A DNA stretch of 64,000 nucleotides, from the sequence record NZ_CP128202.1, one strand, 5' to 3'. Source of the stretch: a plasmid. Shown piece by piece: positions 1-11,190 of the stretch. Position 1 is the stretch's first letter, and every line of letters starts with the position of its first letter. The notes under the pieces are model-generated. The model worked only from the letters and a program-made list of their open reading frames with translations. It did not search any database and was not told the DNA's origin. Made by a program: the position numbers and the translations under genes.

Positions 1-426
1 ATTACACACTATCTCTTAAAGCGGCTAAAATTGTAGCGTTGTCTTTCGTTTGCGTTGGGCTGGAAGTCAGGGATGAATCGATATTACGTAAATAAATGTG
101 TGAATTCGCAAGGGCACCATGAGGTTCACCGATTGGGCTGTGCTCTGCAGGCTGAAATAGAAAGCCGAATCTATTTGGGCGTATTCCCATCAGGGACGAT
201 GGCCTTGGTGTTTGCGCGTCGATTGTATGGTGATTCGCAGTACTGCGTGCTTTGCAGAAACACCGATAGCAGTGAACTCGTTACATAGCCGCTCTCCTAA
301 ATGAGAACTCCACCTGAGGAGTGTTGAAAATAACGTTGAGCAAATGACCCTGACAGGTCATAGGCAAGTCTTCGGTTCGTTGACTACTCTTTTTCTACCA
401 CTCACTATTTAGAATGGAGAAAGAGT

Positions 427-717
427 GTGATGCTCATTTGTGACGATACCAGACAGTTCATCATCGCGACAATTGACGATATGCAGACTCGTCTCAGTGA
501 CGATAAGCCGGTCTGCGCTCGCTTACAGTTGACGAATGACTGGCTCAAGCTTTGGATTGACTATCAATACTGGAATATGGTTTTTCATCTCGAGCGACCG
601 GTTGAAGGGATGCTGGCAACGTCAGAGCTGAATATCTTCGCGTTTACGGCTGAGCATATTGCTGATGCATTAATCAGAGACTTGGAAGAGAAAGTCGATG
701 TGACTGAAGATGAATGA
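427..717 (+). CDS. hypothetical protein (96 aa)
   Basis: Intact ORF with an acidic C-terminus. No motif I recognise. Confidence 0.3.
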   Translation: MMLICDDTRQFIIATIDDMQTRLSDDKPVCARLQLTNDWLKLWIDYQYWNMVFHLERPVEGMLATSELNIFAFTAEHIADALIRDLEEKVDVTEDE

Positions 718-1073
718 TGTCACCATCACCGTGGTACTGCTATGGTTAGCGTGTTTCCGTTAACGTAATTCTCTGCGCCCGAGTTAACATAAATGCCGAG
801 TGCTACAGAGGCCACATTGCTGGTCTCTAGGGGGCGTCGTTCGTAATGAGTCGTCCCCGTTACTGCGAACGCGTATCGTCAAACGGGAAAGCCCGTATTC
901 TTTGCTATGTGCAACCAGCGCAGAAACTCAAATGGGTTTCAGTTCATGTAGCACAGCACGTGAGTGCCATCATCTTGAACGCAGACTCTGGGCTTTACTG
1001 CGATGGACAATGACACTTATGCTGTTGTCATTGTAGCGCATCATTCTATGAAATTTTCAGGGAGGAGTTAGGT

Positions 1074-1337
1074 ATGGACAGGAAACAGCGACAAGAGTGG
1101 TTGTTACAAAGACGCAACGGTTTTCTTCACTATGTATACACGAAAGGGCTGGCTTGCGCATTTGCATTCGTGTTTGGGTTGGAGTTTCTAAACAATGACT
1201 TTTATCTGGATATCATCTCACCAGGCTCAGTGCATTTATACATGACCACACTCTTGGTTGCCTTTATTTGCTCTGCGATAAATTGGACGTGCAATGAATG
1301 CAGTTTAAAGCGCTCAAAAGTAAATCCTCCAACCTAA
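1074..1337 (+). CDS. small hypothetical membrane protein (87 aa)
   Basis: ORF preceded by a GGAGG-like RBS (gggaggagttaggt ATG). Two hydrophobic segments. Confidence 0.3.
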   Translation: MDRKQRQEWLLQRRNGFLHYVYTKGLACAFAFVFGLEFLNNDFYLDIISPGSVHLYMTTLLVAFICSAINWTCNECSLKRSKVNPPT

Positions 1338-1477
1338 AATCGCTAAAATGGAGGACAATGGATCTTCTCAACGATACACATGTCTAGATGCGTTCCCGGT
1401 CGCAACTCATGAAGCATTGTAACACTACCTCAGAAATCGAAATTAGTAACAAGGCGCCCAATCGAGCGCCCTTGAGT

Positions 1478-2896
1478 TCAGCGAGTTGTTCTGCATCTGC
1501 CTTGGTAAGGTAGATTGCATCGATACTGATGCAAATTCTTAGTGATGACCGAAGGTACCTGGTAGAGATTAGCGACGTCTTCATCGTAGTTTTCCAAACC
1601 AAGGTCACAGGCGTGAACCACACCATCTTTAAAATCCCACTTTCTCAGTGCATTTGGGTAATCACAACCGACCAACTCCATAGCTTTCGGGAGAGTGGTC
1701 GCAACTAATGTTTTTTGGATGGGGCCGTGGCAGAACCAAATGTCCTTCTGACCACTCTTCGGCTCTTTGAGCGTCCAGCAGTAGGCAATCGCCTCTTTGA
1801 AGTCTTTAGTTCGTGCTGTACTTATAGGTTTAGCATTCCCACCGGTTTGTTGAGTTGGGTTAGCCTGAACGGTTGTCCCGTTGGTTGACGGTTGACTTGA
1901 AGCAGCAGACGCGACAGATGGTGCCGTCGTTGTTTTATTTCCGGCTTGGGTAGCACTTTTCATCGTAGCCAGAGCCTGCTCTCTCTTTTCCATGCGATCC
2001 ATGTAAGTCGGTTGGATTTGCGCGTACTGCTTACTCAGGTTCGGTCGGGGAATGTAGTTGTTAGTATTCGATTGGCTGTATGTAGGCAGTGTTTTAACGC
2101 TAGTATCGAAGTTTGCCAACCCTTGGCGGATACCTGCGCTGACCGCTTCACTATCTCGTTTCTTCTGTTCTGCAACCATCTGGTTGTAGGCTTTAGATGC
2201 TTCGGAACTCTTATCTCCTTTGGCTGCCAGGTAAGCAAGTGAGGTATTAACACGCTTAATGGACGCGGCTGTTCGGGATAAATCCGCTTCCTGAAACTGT
2301 TCTGGTGTCTTGTGCAGTGAGTCCATAAAGCCCTCACACTTTCTCATCGAAAGGTAGGATGATGACTTGAGGCATGGGTGACTCGATTCAAACCCAATGA
2401 CAAAGGTAATCTGCTCTTCAACGATTGCGGTTTCCACTTCGTTGGGAAGGTTTTTCCACGTTCTGTCGATCGTCAATATCGTTGAGCCATCACCAAGGAC
2501 ATACCGCCAAGAGCGAGTTTGAGTGCTGTCCCAACCTCTTCTAAAGTAGTAACTCACCACGTGTCCACCCGCGACGATAGGGTAGTGCTCCTTAAGAACT
2601 TGATCGAACGTATCGATACCACGTGTCATTGCTTCAAACCAATCTCCTGAACGTCCCCAGAAATCCCATTGTGTGTTGAACGTAAAGCGGCATGAATTAC
2701 CTTTCCACGCTTTGGTGGAATCTAGGCAGTACTGTTCCATACGGTTGATAACGTATTGAGAGGATTTGGTCATCTCTTCAGGCGTCTCCGTGGGTTCATC
2801 ACTGTGCCCCCAAATTGCCTGGTGCATCCCATAAGTGCAGCCCGTTAACATTGCAGTGAGCAATAGTAACGTTGGAAATAGAACCTTATTGGTCAT
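1478..2896 (-). CDS. hypothetical lipoprotein (472 aa)
   Basis: N-terminus MTNKVLFPTLLLLTAMLTGC is a signal peptide plus lipobox. S/T/Q-rich linker. Cys-containing C-terminal domain. No recognisable catalytic motif. Confidence 0.6.
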   Translation of the reverse strand: MTNKVLFPTLLLLTAMLTGCTYGMHQAIWGHSDEPTETPEEMTKSSQYVINRMEQYCLDSTKAWKGNSCRFTFNTQWDFWGRSGDWFEAMTRGIDTFDQVLKEHYPIVAGGHVVSYYFRRGWDSTQTRSWRYVLGDGSTILTIDRTWKNLPNEVETAIVEEQITFVIGFESSHPCLKSSSYLSMRKCEGFMDSLHKTPEQFQEADLSRTAASIKRVNTSLAYLAAKGDKSSEASKAYNQMVAEQKKRDSEAVSAGIRQGLANFDTSVKTLPTYSQSNTNNYIPRPNLSKQYAQIQPTYMDRMEKREQALATMKSATQAGNKTTTAPSVASAASSQPSTNGTTVQANPTQQTGGNAKPISTARTKDFKEAIAYCWTLKEPKSGQKDIWFCHGPIQKTLVATTLPKAMELVGCDYPNALRKWDFKDGVVHACDLGLENYDEDVANLYQVPSVITKNLHQYRCNLPYQGRCRTTR

Positions 2897-3236
2897 CTTG
2901 TGAGCTCATCATGTCATTGTTGTTATTGATAGAAAGTATAAATCAGGTAAATCAATAAAAAATTATGCATTGGTTTGAATCGGATATGATTTCTGTAGGC
3001 CACAGCCAAACCAGAGACTCCTGAAGGTGGTGAATTTGAAAAGTTAGCTGCATTAGTTGAAGAGTATGAGGAAAAACACTTCCCATTTAATAACTGTAAT
3101 CCACTTTTGCCCCTTTATGTTTTAACGTACATTCTCAGCGATGAATGACACCACCAAATTTTCGATACTTTTTCTCATGACAATCAACATAGGTCATTGA
3201 CTGTTTAGTATGAAACTTTATTCCTCTCCTACAGTA

Positions 3237-3884
3237 CGGTATCGTAACAAGTCTAAAGGCTGCATTCGTCATATCGCCATTTCTTAAAGTCTTTGGAGAG
3301 GGAGAGTGGAAAGTCAAAAAACACGGAAACGAAAAGCGCAGAACATGGCGTAAACGGCATCTTGCTGTAGATGTAGATACGCATGAAGTCATCAGTGCTG
3401 AAGTGAGCTTGGTTAATGTCGGTGATAGTGAAGTGCTTCCGACGCTGCTTAATCCATTACGAAGAAAAATAGGTTCAGTCTCTGGCGATGGTGCATACGA
3501 TACGAAGGGTTGCCATAACGTGTTACAAAGAAAAGGCATTACTCCGTTAATACCGCCACGTAAAAATGCTAGCTTCTGGGATGATGGACACCCAAGAAAC
3601 GAAGCAGTAAAAGCGTTAAAAAGTGATACGTTGGCTCAATGGAAAATTAACTCTGGTTATCACGACCGTTCTCTATCTGAAACGGCAATGTCACGATACA
3701 AAGGGCTAACGAGTGGCCAATTGAGCTTAAGGAATTATAATGCTCAAGTAGGTGAAGCGCTTGCCAATGTCAAAGCCATGAACAAAGTAATAGGACTAGG
3801 TATGCCAGTTCAAAACTAATGCTGATAGAACGTAGGCAAGATATGTCCTTCACCTGATTTGTTCAACAACGCCATGCGACATTA
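3237..3884 (+). pseudogene. IS5-family (IS903-group) transposase remnant, 3-prime half only
   Basis: Translation 3240-3819 aligns along its length with the C-terminal half of the full IS5 transposases at 5675, 41893 and 54388 (KVFGEGEWKVKKHG..., SGDGAYDT, HKRSLSETAMYRVK, LRNYNAQVGE), roughly 60-65% identity by eye. It ends with a diverged IR-like CAACAACGCC. The N-terminal half is absent. Confidence 0.7.
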
Positions 3885-4052
3885 CCAAAAGTTGCAGGCT
3901 CACTCGTATCCAGAATTACGGATAATTTTCAGATATTGAAACCTGCATCTTCAAGTTGAATAGGTATAGCCATTGAGAATTGGTCAAAATCACTATTTAA
4001 TGGGAATAAATTCATATAAACTGATTACTTATTCATATCAAGGAAGAGGACT

Positions 4053-5405
4053 ATGTCACACATACACGATACTATTGTTGCGTTACAACACAGTAGCCCG
4101 GCTCAAAAAGAGTTTTACCAAGCCGTAGAAGAAGTATTAACTTCTCTCGCTCCAGTCATAGAAAGCAATAATAAATATAAAGAACAAGCGATTATCCAAA
4201 GAATCGTAGAACCAGAACGTCAAATCATGTTTCGAGTTCCTTGGGTCGATGACGCAGGGAATGTGCAAGTAAACAAAGGCTACCGCGTCGAGTTTAACTC
4301 CGCGTTAGGTCCATACAAAGGCGGACTGAGGTTCCATCATTCAGTGAACGCGAGCATCATAAAGTTCCTCGGCTTTGAACAGATTTTTAAAAACGCGCTT
4401 ACTGGCCTTCCAATTGGTGGCGGAAAAGGCGGTTCAAATTTCGATCCTAAAGGAAAATCTGACGGTGAAATCATGCGATTTTGCCAATCATTTATGAACG
4501 AGTTATACCGCCACATTGGTCCCGTTACCGATGTTCCTGCTGGCGATATCGGCGTCGGTGCGCGTGAAATTGGTTATATGTTTGGTCAATATAAACGATT
4601 GACGGGCCGCTACGAAGGAGTACTTACAGGCAAGAGCCTTCTTTGGGGGGGCTCACTTGTTAGAAAAGAAGCAACGGGATACGGAACCGTATATTTTGCG
4701 GAATGCATGCTCAATGACCGTAATGATTCACTAAAAGGCAAAACTTGCCTCGTTTCTGGCGCAGGTAACGTCGCTATCTATGCAATTGAAAAGCTATACC
4801 ACATGGGAGCAACCCCAGTAACATGCAGCGATTCTAGAGGCACGATTTATCATGAACACGGTATTGATCTGCAGCTCCTCAAGCAACTAAAAGAAGTGAA
4901 AAGAGCAAGTTTAGAAGAGTATTTAGACACTTACCCTGAAGCAGAGTATACGCCGTTGGGTGACTATCCTAATGAAGGGCATGCTGTATGGCGATATCAA
5001 GCTGACGCCGCATTCCCTTGCGCGACCCAAAATGAACTGACGTCAAACGATGCTCTTGCTCTTATCGATAATGGGTGTGTTTTGATTAGTGAAGGCGCAA
5101 ACATGCCAACCACTCGTGATGCGGTCAATATCATCGTGGATTCCGAAATGGCTTATGGGCCAGCGAAAGCAGCCAATGCAGGCGGCGTTGCAACCAGTCA
5201 GCTTGAAATGGCACAAAATGCCAGCATGCAAAACTGGACCTTCGAGCAAGTCGATAGCCAGTTGCAGACCATCATGAAAAACATCTTTATTAATGCAAAC
5301 GAAACCAGTCGAGAGTTTGGTCAACCTGGTAATTTAGTTTTAGGCGCAAACATTGCCGGCTTTAGAAGAGTCGCTGATGCCATGATCGAGCAAGGCATCG
5401 TTTAG
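4053..5405 (+). CDS. gdhA: NADP-specific glutamate dehydrogenase
   Basis: 450 aa. Glu/Leu/Phe/Val dehydrogenase active-site motif GGGKGG, dimerisation and NAD(P)-binding domains. High similarity to enterobacterial GdhA. Confidence 0.95.
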   Translation: MSHIHDTIVALQHSSPAQKEFYQAVEEVLTSLAPVIESNNKYKEQAIIQRIVEPERQIMFRVPWVDDAGNVQVNKGYRVEFNSALGPYKGGLRFHHSVNASIIKFLGFEQIFKNALTGLPIGGGKGGSNFDPKGKSDGEIMRFCQSFMNELYRHIGPVTDVPAGDIGVGAREIGYMFGQYKRLTGRYEGVLTGKSLLWGGSLVRKEATGYGTVYFAECMLNDRNDSLKGKTCLVSGAGNVAIYAIEKLYHMGATPVTCSDSRGTIYHEHGIDLQLLKQLKEVKRASLEEYLDTYPEAEYTPLGDYPNEGHAVWRYQADAAFPCATQNELTSNDALALIDNGCVLISEGANMPTTRDAVNIIVDSEMAYGPAKAANAGGVATSQLEMAQNASMQNWTFEQVDSQLQTIMKNIFINANETSREFGQPGNLVLGANIAGFRRVADAMIEQGIV

Positions 5406-5411
5406 TTCACA

Positions 5412-5437
5412 ATAGCCAGCAGCCGGACTGCTGGCTT
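5412..5437 (+). terminator. stem-loop immediately downstream of gdhA
   Basis: agccagcagccggactgctggct is a perfect 9-bp stem. Confidence 0.5.
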
Positions 5438-5620
5438 AACACTATTCGGCGATACACTGCGCTTTGACAAAGAGCTTCATTTAATCTGCAATAAGCGTCG
5501 TCACTTCAGTTTTAACCGAATTGGCGATAAAACAATTCTCATGAGCCATGTGGTGCATTTTTTCTAATTGAGATCGTGTCGGTTGATTATCACCAGCAAA
5601 TGTTATCTTAGAGTTTAGTA

Positions 5621-6674
5621 GGCTTTGTTGCGTAATTCAGACGAGAAACCAAACCTCCTAAAGTTGAGCGACTTTTATACAATATACGGAGTTTCAGGCA
5701 TACCAAGCCCTGTAAGTTTGTTCAGTGCTTTGATCATGGCGTAAGTCTCGCCAACCTGAGCGTTGTAGTTTCTCAGGCTTAATTTTCCACCTAACAACTG
5801 TTTCACCCGATACATTGCTGTCTCTGATAGCGAGCGCTTATGATAGCCATACCGATTTTTCCATTTCTTGTTGGAGCCGTAGAGCTTCTGACAACCTACT
5901 GCTAAATTGCGAGGGTGTCCTTGTTCCCAGAAGGTAGCTCCTTCTCGTGACGGGATAAGCGGAACCGCTCGCTTGAACCGTATAGCATCATGGCAATTCC
6001 TTGTGTCATAAGTGCCATCGCCTGATATCTCAATGATTTTATGACGTGTCTGCTTGAGTAAGTTGGGGAGCACTTCGGCATCAGTTACGTTAGATAAGCT
6101 CAGCTCTGCTGCGACTATTTCGTGGGTGCTTGTATCTACCGCGATATGTAGCTTACGCCAGACTCTTCGCTTCCCATCAGTTCCATGCTTCTTGACCTTC
6201 CATTCACCTTCGCCATAAACCTTGAGGCCAGTGGCATCAATTGCCAGATGTTGTATCGCACCTCTGGTTTTGGTTTTAAATGAAACCTCAACTTCCTTAG
6301 CTCGGCGGCTTATACAGGTGTAGTGTGGGCAAACAAGCGAGATGTTAGCCAGCTTAAATACTGAGTCTAAAAAACCTTGCAGCGCTCTCAATGGCATAGA
6401 GAAAACGCGTTTCACCATCAGAGCGGTAGTAATGGCTAAGTCGCTGAATCGGCGAGGTCTACCACGCTTGCCTTGTTTGTTTTGCTTCCACTCGGCTATC
6501 GCTTCCTCATCAATCCAAAAGGTCAGAGAACCACGTTTGATTAAGGCTTTATTGTACTGCTTCCAGTTAGTTGTTTTGTAACGAGGTTTAGGCATGAGGC
6601 TACGACGATTGATGGGCGTAACCGCTCAGATCGTAGCTTCTTGATTTAGTTCCATCGAATTACGCAACAAAGCC
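5621..6674 (-). mobile_element. IS5-family (IS903-group) insertion sequence, copy A
   Basis: 1054 bp. Terminal IRs GGCTTTGTTGCGTAATTC at both ends. Single transposase ORF. Same size class as IS903 (about 1057 bp). Confidence 0.9.
5675..6595 (-). CDS. IS5-family DDE transposase (306 aa)
   Basis: MPKPRYKTTNWKQYNKALI... Closely resembles the IS903 transposase (recalled from memory). Confidence 0.95.
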   Translation of the reverse strand: MPKPRYKTTNWKQYNKALIKRGSLTFWIDEEAIAEWKQNKQGKRGRPRRFSDLAITTALMVKRVFSMPLRALQGFLDSVFKLANISLVCPHYTCISRRAKEVEVSFKTKTRGAIQHLAIDATGLKVYGEGEWKVKKHGTDGKRRVWRKLHIAVDTSTHEIVAAELSLSNVTDAEVLPNLLKQTRHKIIEISGDGTYDTRNCHDAIRFKRAVPLIPSREGATFWEQGHPRNLAVGCQKLYGSNKKWKNRYGYHKRSLSETAMYRVKQLLGGKLSLRNYNAQVGETYAMIKALNKLTGLGMPETPYIV

Positions 6675-7216
6675 TTCAGTTGGTGAAAGCCAATTCCTGA
6701 GACCTGAGATCAGAATTTATTCTACATATCTAAAAGCGAATGATGAAACGCCTTTTGCTGATAATAAGGACAGTCAACTGAGCTTTGGTATACAGATGGA
6801 AGCTTGGTGGTAAGACTCTAAAAATGAATCGGGCAATTCCCCCAATTGTCCGAATATTTTGTTGAATGTATTTAAACGCTACACAGAATTTAAACTATTC
6901 ATCGCTCCTGAAATTAGTCTCTCTAGACATCTTTACCCTTGATTTCTCCCGTACTAATTTGTACCAGCTAAAAACGTTATAAGTTGAGTGAGTTTTACAT
7001 ACTTAAAGTAATTCGTGTTTAACTAAATTAAGTAGAAACTCTAACGAGCTTTTGTCCAAAACCTTCTCAAAATGGTTCAGAAATCTTGTGAACCCGTCAT
7101 TCCGCAGCCAATTTCAGAATTAAAACAATGTGATCCAGTGATCGTTTACAAATGTTAGTGCGACAGACCTCTTGACCGCGATCCCCAGTTTTGATCTATT
7201 ACTGTTATTTAACGGT

Positions 7217-7578
7217 CACTTTATTATGTCTGCTGCTCAACCTGTCATTAAACGCCTAGATCACTTAGGGCTGATCGCTGCTTTCTGCCATGAAATCGGC
7301 TTACCTGGTATTATTGATCGCGTCATTCCCAAGTACTCGGATCATAACGTTTCACATGGCGATGCGGTCTTGGCTTTCACAGCAGAACGCTGCATATGTT
7401 TTCTGACTTCTTCGAGACGAAGCCTGTTGCCAAGTTGCTTGCTAAAGATATTGAAGCTCACCATTTAACGGACGATGTACTCGGACGCACGTTAGATGCT
7501 TTATATGAAGCAGATGTCTCCGCACTTTATCAAGCGATTGCAGAGCATGTCGTTGATAAGCTAGGACTTAAAACGTAA
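7217..7578 (+). pseudogene. IS1634/IS4-like transposase N-terminal remnant, frameshifted
   Basis: Two frames (7172-7468 and 7396-7578) together reproduce about the first 120 aa of the protein at 15207-15809 (IKRLDHLGLIAAFCHEIGLP..., DVSALYQAIAEHVVDKLGL). Confidence 0.55.
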
Positions 7579-7623
7579 TCGTTCACCAAGGTAACTTGAC
7601 TCGATATTAACGGGGGGAACAGC

Positions 7624-9177
7624 CTATAGATCAAAGATGTTGGGGTACGGTCTCTTCGCCACAACAGCCGTGATGATCTCACTCAACACTGACATTGCCG
7701 ACAAGCCACGTTTTTTGCAGGTTTCGATGAGGGTATGTACCCTACTGCGGAATTTATCGCCTGCATCCGAGGTCGTTCCGAAGCTGATTTTCCTTTGGAT
7801 TACAAAACCTCTAATACATCGCTCAGCTTCATTATTGGTTAAGGGGATTGACACTTTCTTGAGGAAAACCCACAAGCTCTCTCTATGTTTGAGCAGTAAC
7901 TTGCATCGCCCCCGATATCGCTTGACCATGACATCAGTCCCTTTGCTCAACCAATGATCGAACGATTTCTGCAACCTACGCATTCTTCGTAAGTATAGCG
8001 CATAATTTAACTCATCTTGTTCATAACGATGCCGAGTATGGAAAATGGCGTTCGTCAGCAAACAAAGATGTCTGCCAATATAAGCGGTGTGGCCACCGCC
8101 ACTATAATCCGCCATTTGCTGAAGGTTACGCTTCACATGTGCCCAACATAACTGATGACGGTCTGCGGCTATCCAGTTATAGCTAGGGCACTGGTCGCTG
8201 ACCACAATGACTGCATAGTCTTCATCAATGACCTTTTTCGCTGATGAGGTCGAGCGCGAATAAAGTATTTGCTCATAGACAAGGTCATCACTTGCCACTA
8301 ACCAACACCAGCGAAGGCTTTGTTCATCATTTCTGTGATGAGAGGTCTCGTCAGCATGAATCAAAGGTGATCTGAACCAGGTCACCGTTGCTACTGGAAA
8401 GGTTAGCGATCGTATCGCGCAGAGAAATAATCGGACGATAAAAAAGTTGATCAAGAAAATGCGATAACCACGCAAACTATCGTGGCAACAACCGTCGCAA
8501 GGATCGCATTGTTTCTGGTCCATCGAACTGAGCAAAGGCAATCGAACGGTCTAAGCCAATTGCCTAGTACCATTTTTGTCCCCAACATTAATAACATGTG
8601 AGAACAAGATTTTGGGTTACCCGTTAAGAGTGTAGTCAAACACAGAGCTCTGTTTACCAACAGCATTCAGCACGGCTTCTTAAGCCTAGGATAATCCGTA
8701 ACTTTGTCGCCACTTTTAGTAACAGACGACGATGAAGGCAGCAATGTCGTGTTGTCACTCATGATCACAGCCACCGCACTCGAGATAGTCGTTTTGACCA
8801 TGTCGTTCAAAAACGATAAGGTCAGATCCGCGGATACGGTACCGCCCTGCATTTTTTCGATACAGGAAGCGCGCTGCGCTCTCCAGATTGAGCGCGTTAG
8901 CCAGAGACTTGGTCTGGTTAATCAGTTCATCGGCAGAGCCTGTCATCGGCTGGTTTTTATACTGTTGGGCAATTTTGCTCACACCGCCGGCTTTCTCATC
9001 GATGTAGGAGCTGATCATTTCCGCTTGCTCCAATACAAAACTGTTACTTTGAGCCATAATACTCTTAGTCAAAGAGGTTTTTGCTCGTAGTGGCCAATGC
9101 AACGGAGATTGCAACCAGTAAGATAACGGACAATAATAAGGTCCTTTTAATGCCATGTTTTTCATTATTTTTTCCAT
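7624..9177 (-). pseudogene. IS66-family transposase remnant
   Basis: ORF 7624-8541 carries IS66 TnpC hallmarks: HADETS, CWAHVKRNL and TNNEAERCIRGFVIQRK. The upstream part is broken across frames (8451-9177), including a CGGC zinc-finger-like piece. No IS66 tnpA/tnpB partners. Confidence 0.6.
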
Positions 9178-9351
9178 CTCAGATGGTGATTTATGGCAGT
9201 ACTAACTGGGTATTTTTTATATTAGGAGAGTTTTATATCCAATGGAAATGACCTAAATCATTTTCTTGGAAAAAGAGAAGCACTCACATTATCTGAGTGC
9301 TTAGCTTCTCACGACATCTAGTGAATTTTTATAACCAACAATGGAGAGAAA

Positions 9352-10995
9352 ATGAGTAGCGATAATGGTGGTGTTCCCCACCCTAGTGGCAAAGCAAACC
9401 CAATCGATACGGATTATACCGTTGGTCAGGACAACGTCGTTCTTTCCGTCGGTCCGTTTGGCCTGGACATTCATAACCGGGTTTTCGCCGTCTCAGGCTT
9501 AGCGATTGTCATCTTTGTATTTGCAACCCTAATCTTTCGCGAACAAGTCGAACCCCTGTTTCTTCACTTAAGATCTTGGCTCACCTCAAGTTTTGATTGG
9601 TTCTTCTTGTTATCAGGTAACATTTTTGTTGTCGTCTGTCTCGGACTGGCCATATCACCGTTAGGCCGGGTCAGAATCGGCGGTACCGATGCCACTCCGG
9701 ATTATTCCTATTCAGGATGGCTGGCGATGTTATTTGCGGCCGGCATGGGGATTGGCCTAGTCTTCTTTGGCGTTTCTGAACCCATGACCCATTTCACTAC
9801 CGCGCTGGGCGGCACCACACTGGAAAATGGTGTGCGTACCGACTGGGCACCACTGGGTGGTGCGATGGGTGATACCGAAGCCGCACGTTCGCTCGGTATG
9901 GCAGCGACGATTTACCATTGGGCACTTCACCCTTGGGCAATATACGCATTGCTGGCTCTGGGACTGGCTATTTTCTCGTTCAACAAAGGGTTACCACTGA
10001 CTATGCGTTCAGTGTTCTATCCGCTGTTTGGCGAACGAGTCTGGGGCTGGACTGGTCATATCATCGATATTCTGGCAATTGTGGCGACGGTCTTCGGTCT
10101 GGCGACATCTCTGGGCTACGGCGCGTCTCAGGCTGCGACCGGGTTAAACTTCCTGTTTGATATCCCATTGACTGACACCACGCAAATTATTCTGATCATT
10201 GTGATCACTGCATTTGCACTGCTGTCTGTACTGGCTGGCCTTGATGGCGGCGTAAAACGCCTGTCAGAAATGAACATGCTGCTGGCTGCACTGCTGCTGT
10301 TTTTCGTGGTAGTCATCGGTCCGACAGCCGCGATTCTGCTCGGATTTTTCGATAATATCGGTGCTTATCTGACCAACTTCCCTGCACTGTCGATGCCATT
10401 TGGCCGTGAAGATGTGAACTATTCTCAAGGCTGGACATCGTTCTACTGGGCGTGGTGGATTTCATGGTCACCATTCGTCGGTATGTTCATTGCTCGTGTA
10501 TCACGTGGCCGAACCGTACGCGAGTTTATCGTCTGTGTGCTGATTGTTCCGTCAACCGTGTGTGTGTTCTGGATGACGGCGTTCGGTGGTACCGCGATCA
10601 GTCAATACGTCAACGATGGTTATAAAGCCGTGATGGACGCAGACCTGCCATTGAAACTGTTCGAAATGCTTGAAGTTATGCCTCTGCATGAAATTACATC
10701 ATTCATCGGTATCGTACTGGTCGTTGTGTTCTTTATCACATCATCGGATTCAGGTTCGCTGGTTATCGATACCATTGCTGCCGGCGGTAAAGTGGATGCA
10801 CCGACACCACAGCGCGTGTTCTGGTGTACCTTCGAAGGCTTAGTAGCGATAGCATTGCTGCTGGGTGGTGGTTTGGCTGCGGCGCAGGCGATGGCGGTAA
10901 CAACCGGCTTCCCGTTCACTATCGTCTTGTTGATAGCGACAATATCGCTGATTAAAGGCCTGATGAGTGAACCGCGGGTTAAGAAAGCCAAATAA
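9352..10995 (+). CDS. BCCT-family transporter (betaine/carnitine/choline type)
   Basis: 547 aa, about 12 TM segments. BCCT signature region WTSFYWAWWISWSPFVGMFIARVSRGRT. Confidence 0.9.
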   Translation: MSSDNGGVPHPSGKANPIDTDYTVGQDNVVLSVGPFGLDIHNRVFAVSGLAIVIFVFATLIFREQVEPLFLHLRSWLTSSFDWFFLLSGNIFVVVCLGLAISPLGRVRIGGTDATPDYSYSGWLAMLFAAGMGIGLVFFGVSEPMTHFTTALGGTTLENGVRTDWAPLGGAMGDTEAARSLGMAATIYHWALHPWAIYALLALGLAIFSFNKGLPLTMRSVFYPLFGERVWGWTGHIIDILAIVATVFGLATSLGYGASQAATGLNFLFDIPLTDTTQIILIIVITAFALLSVLAGLDGGVKRLSEMNMLLAALLLFFVVVIGPTAAILLGFFDNIGAYLTNFPALSMPFGREDVNYSQGWTSFYWAWWISWSPFVGMFIARVSRGRTVREFIVCVLIVPSTVCVFWMTAFGGTAISQYVNDGYKAVMDADLPLKLFEMLEVMPLHEITSFIGIVLVVVFFITSSDSGSLVIDTIAAGGKVDAPTPQRVFWCTFEGLVAIALLLGGGLAAAQAMAVTTGFPFTIVLLIATISLIKGLMSEPRVKKAK

Positions 10996-11126
10996 CGGTT
11001 TACTTTAAAAGACAATGGGCAGGCTCCGTGTCCGAGTTTGTGTAACGGAGCCACTCATTGACAAAGTGACTATTCAGTCTCTCGTCATCAATATGTAAAC
11101 ACATTTCAGGACGAGACACTGATACG

Positions 11127-11162
11127 AAAAAGCCTCGCAGTGATAACTGCGAGGCTTTTTTA
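11127..11162. terminator. bidirectional rho-independent terminator between convergent BCCT and mscS genes
   Basis: aaaaagcctcgcagtgataactgcgaggctttttt: GC stem flanked by A-run and T-run. Confidence 0.7.
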
Positions 11163-11190
11163 TGTAGCATTAAACGCTAATGGCTGAGCA

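Noticed and set aside
1946-2337. ORFs 1946-2242 (+) and 2035-2337 (-) overlapping the lipoprotein gene
   Set aside because: They are embedded in or antisense to the 472-aa lipoprotein frame, with no RBS and odd composition.
2990-3136. Short frame ...PETPEGGEFEKLAALVEEYEEKHFPFNNCNPLL (possible antitoxin/HTH C-terminal fragment)
   Set aside because: It is only about 45 codons with no start codon and no partner gene. It is too short to assign, and may be a remnant destroyed by the adjacent IS5 fragment.
8755-9177. 140-aa ORF as an independent gene
   Set aside because: It is more likely part of the degraded N-terminal region of the IS66-family transposase remnant. It has a CGGC zinc-finger-like end and a coiled-coil segment, and it is contiguous with 7624-8666 on the same strand.
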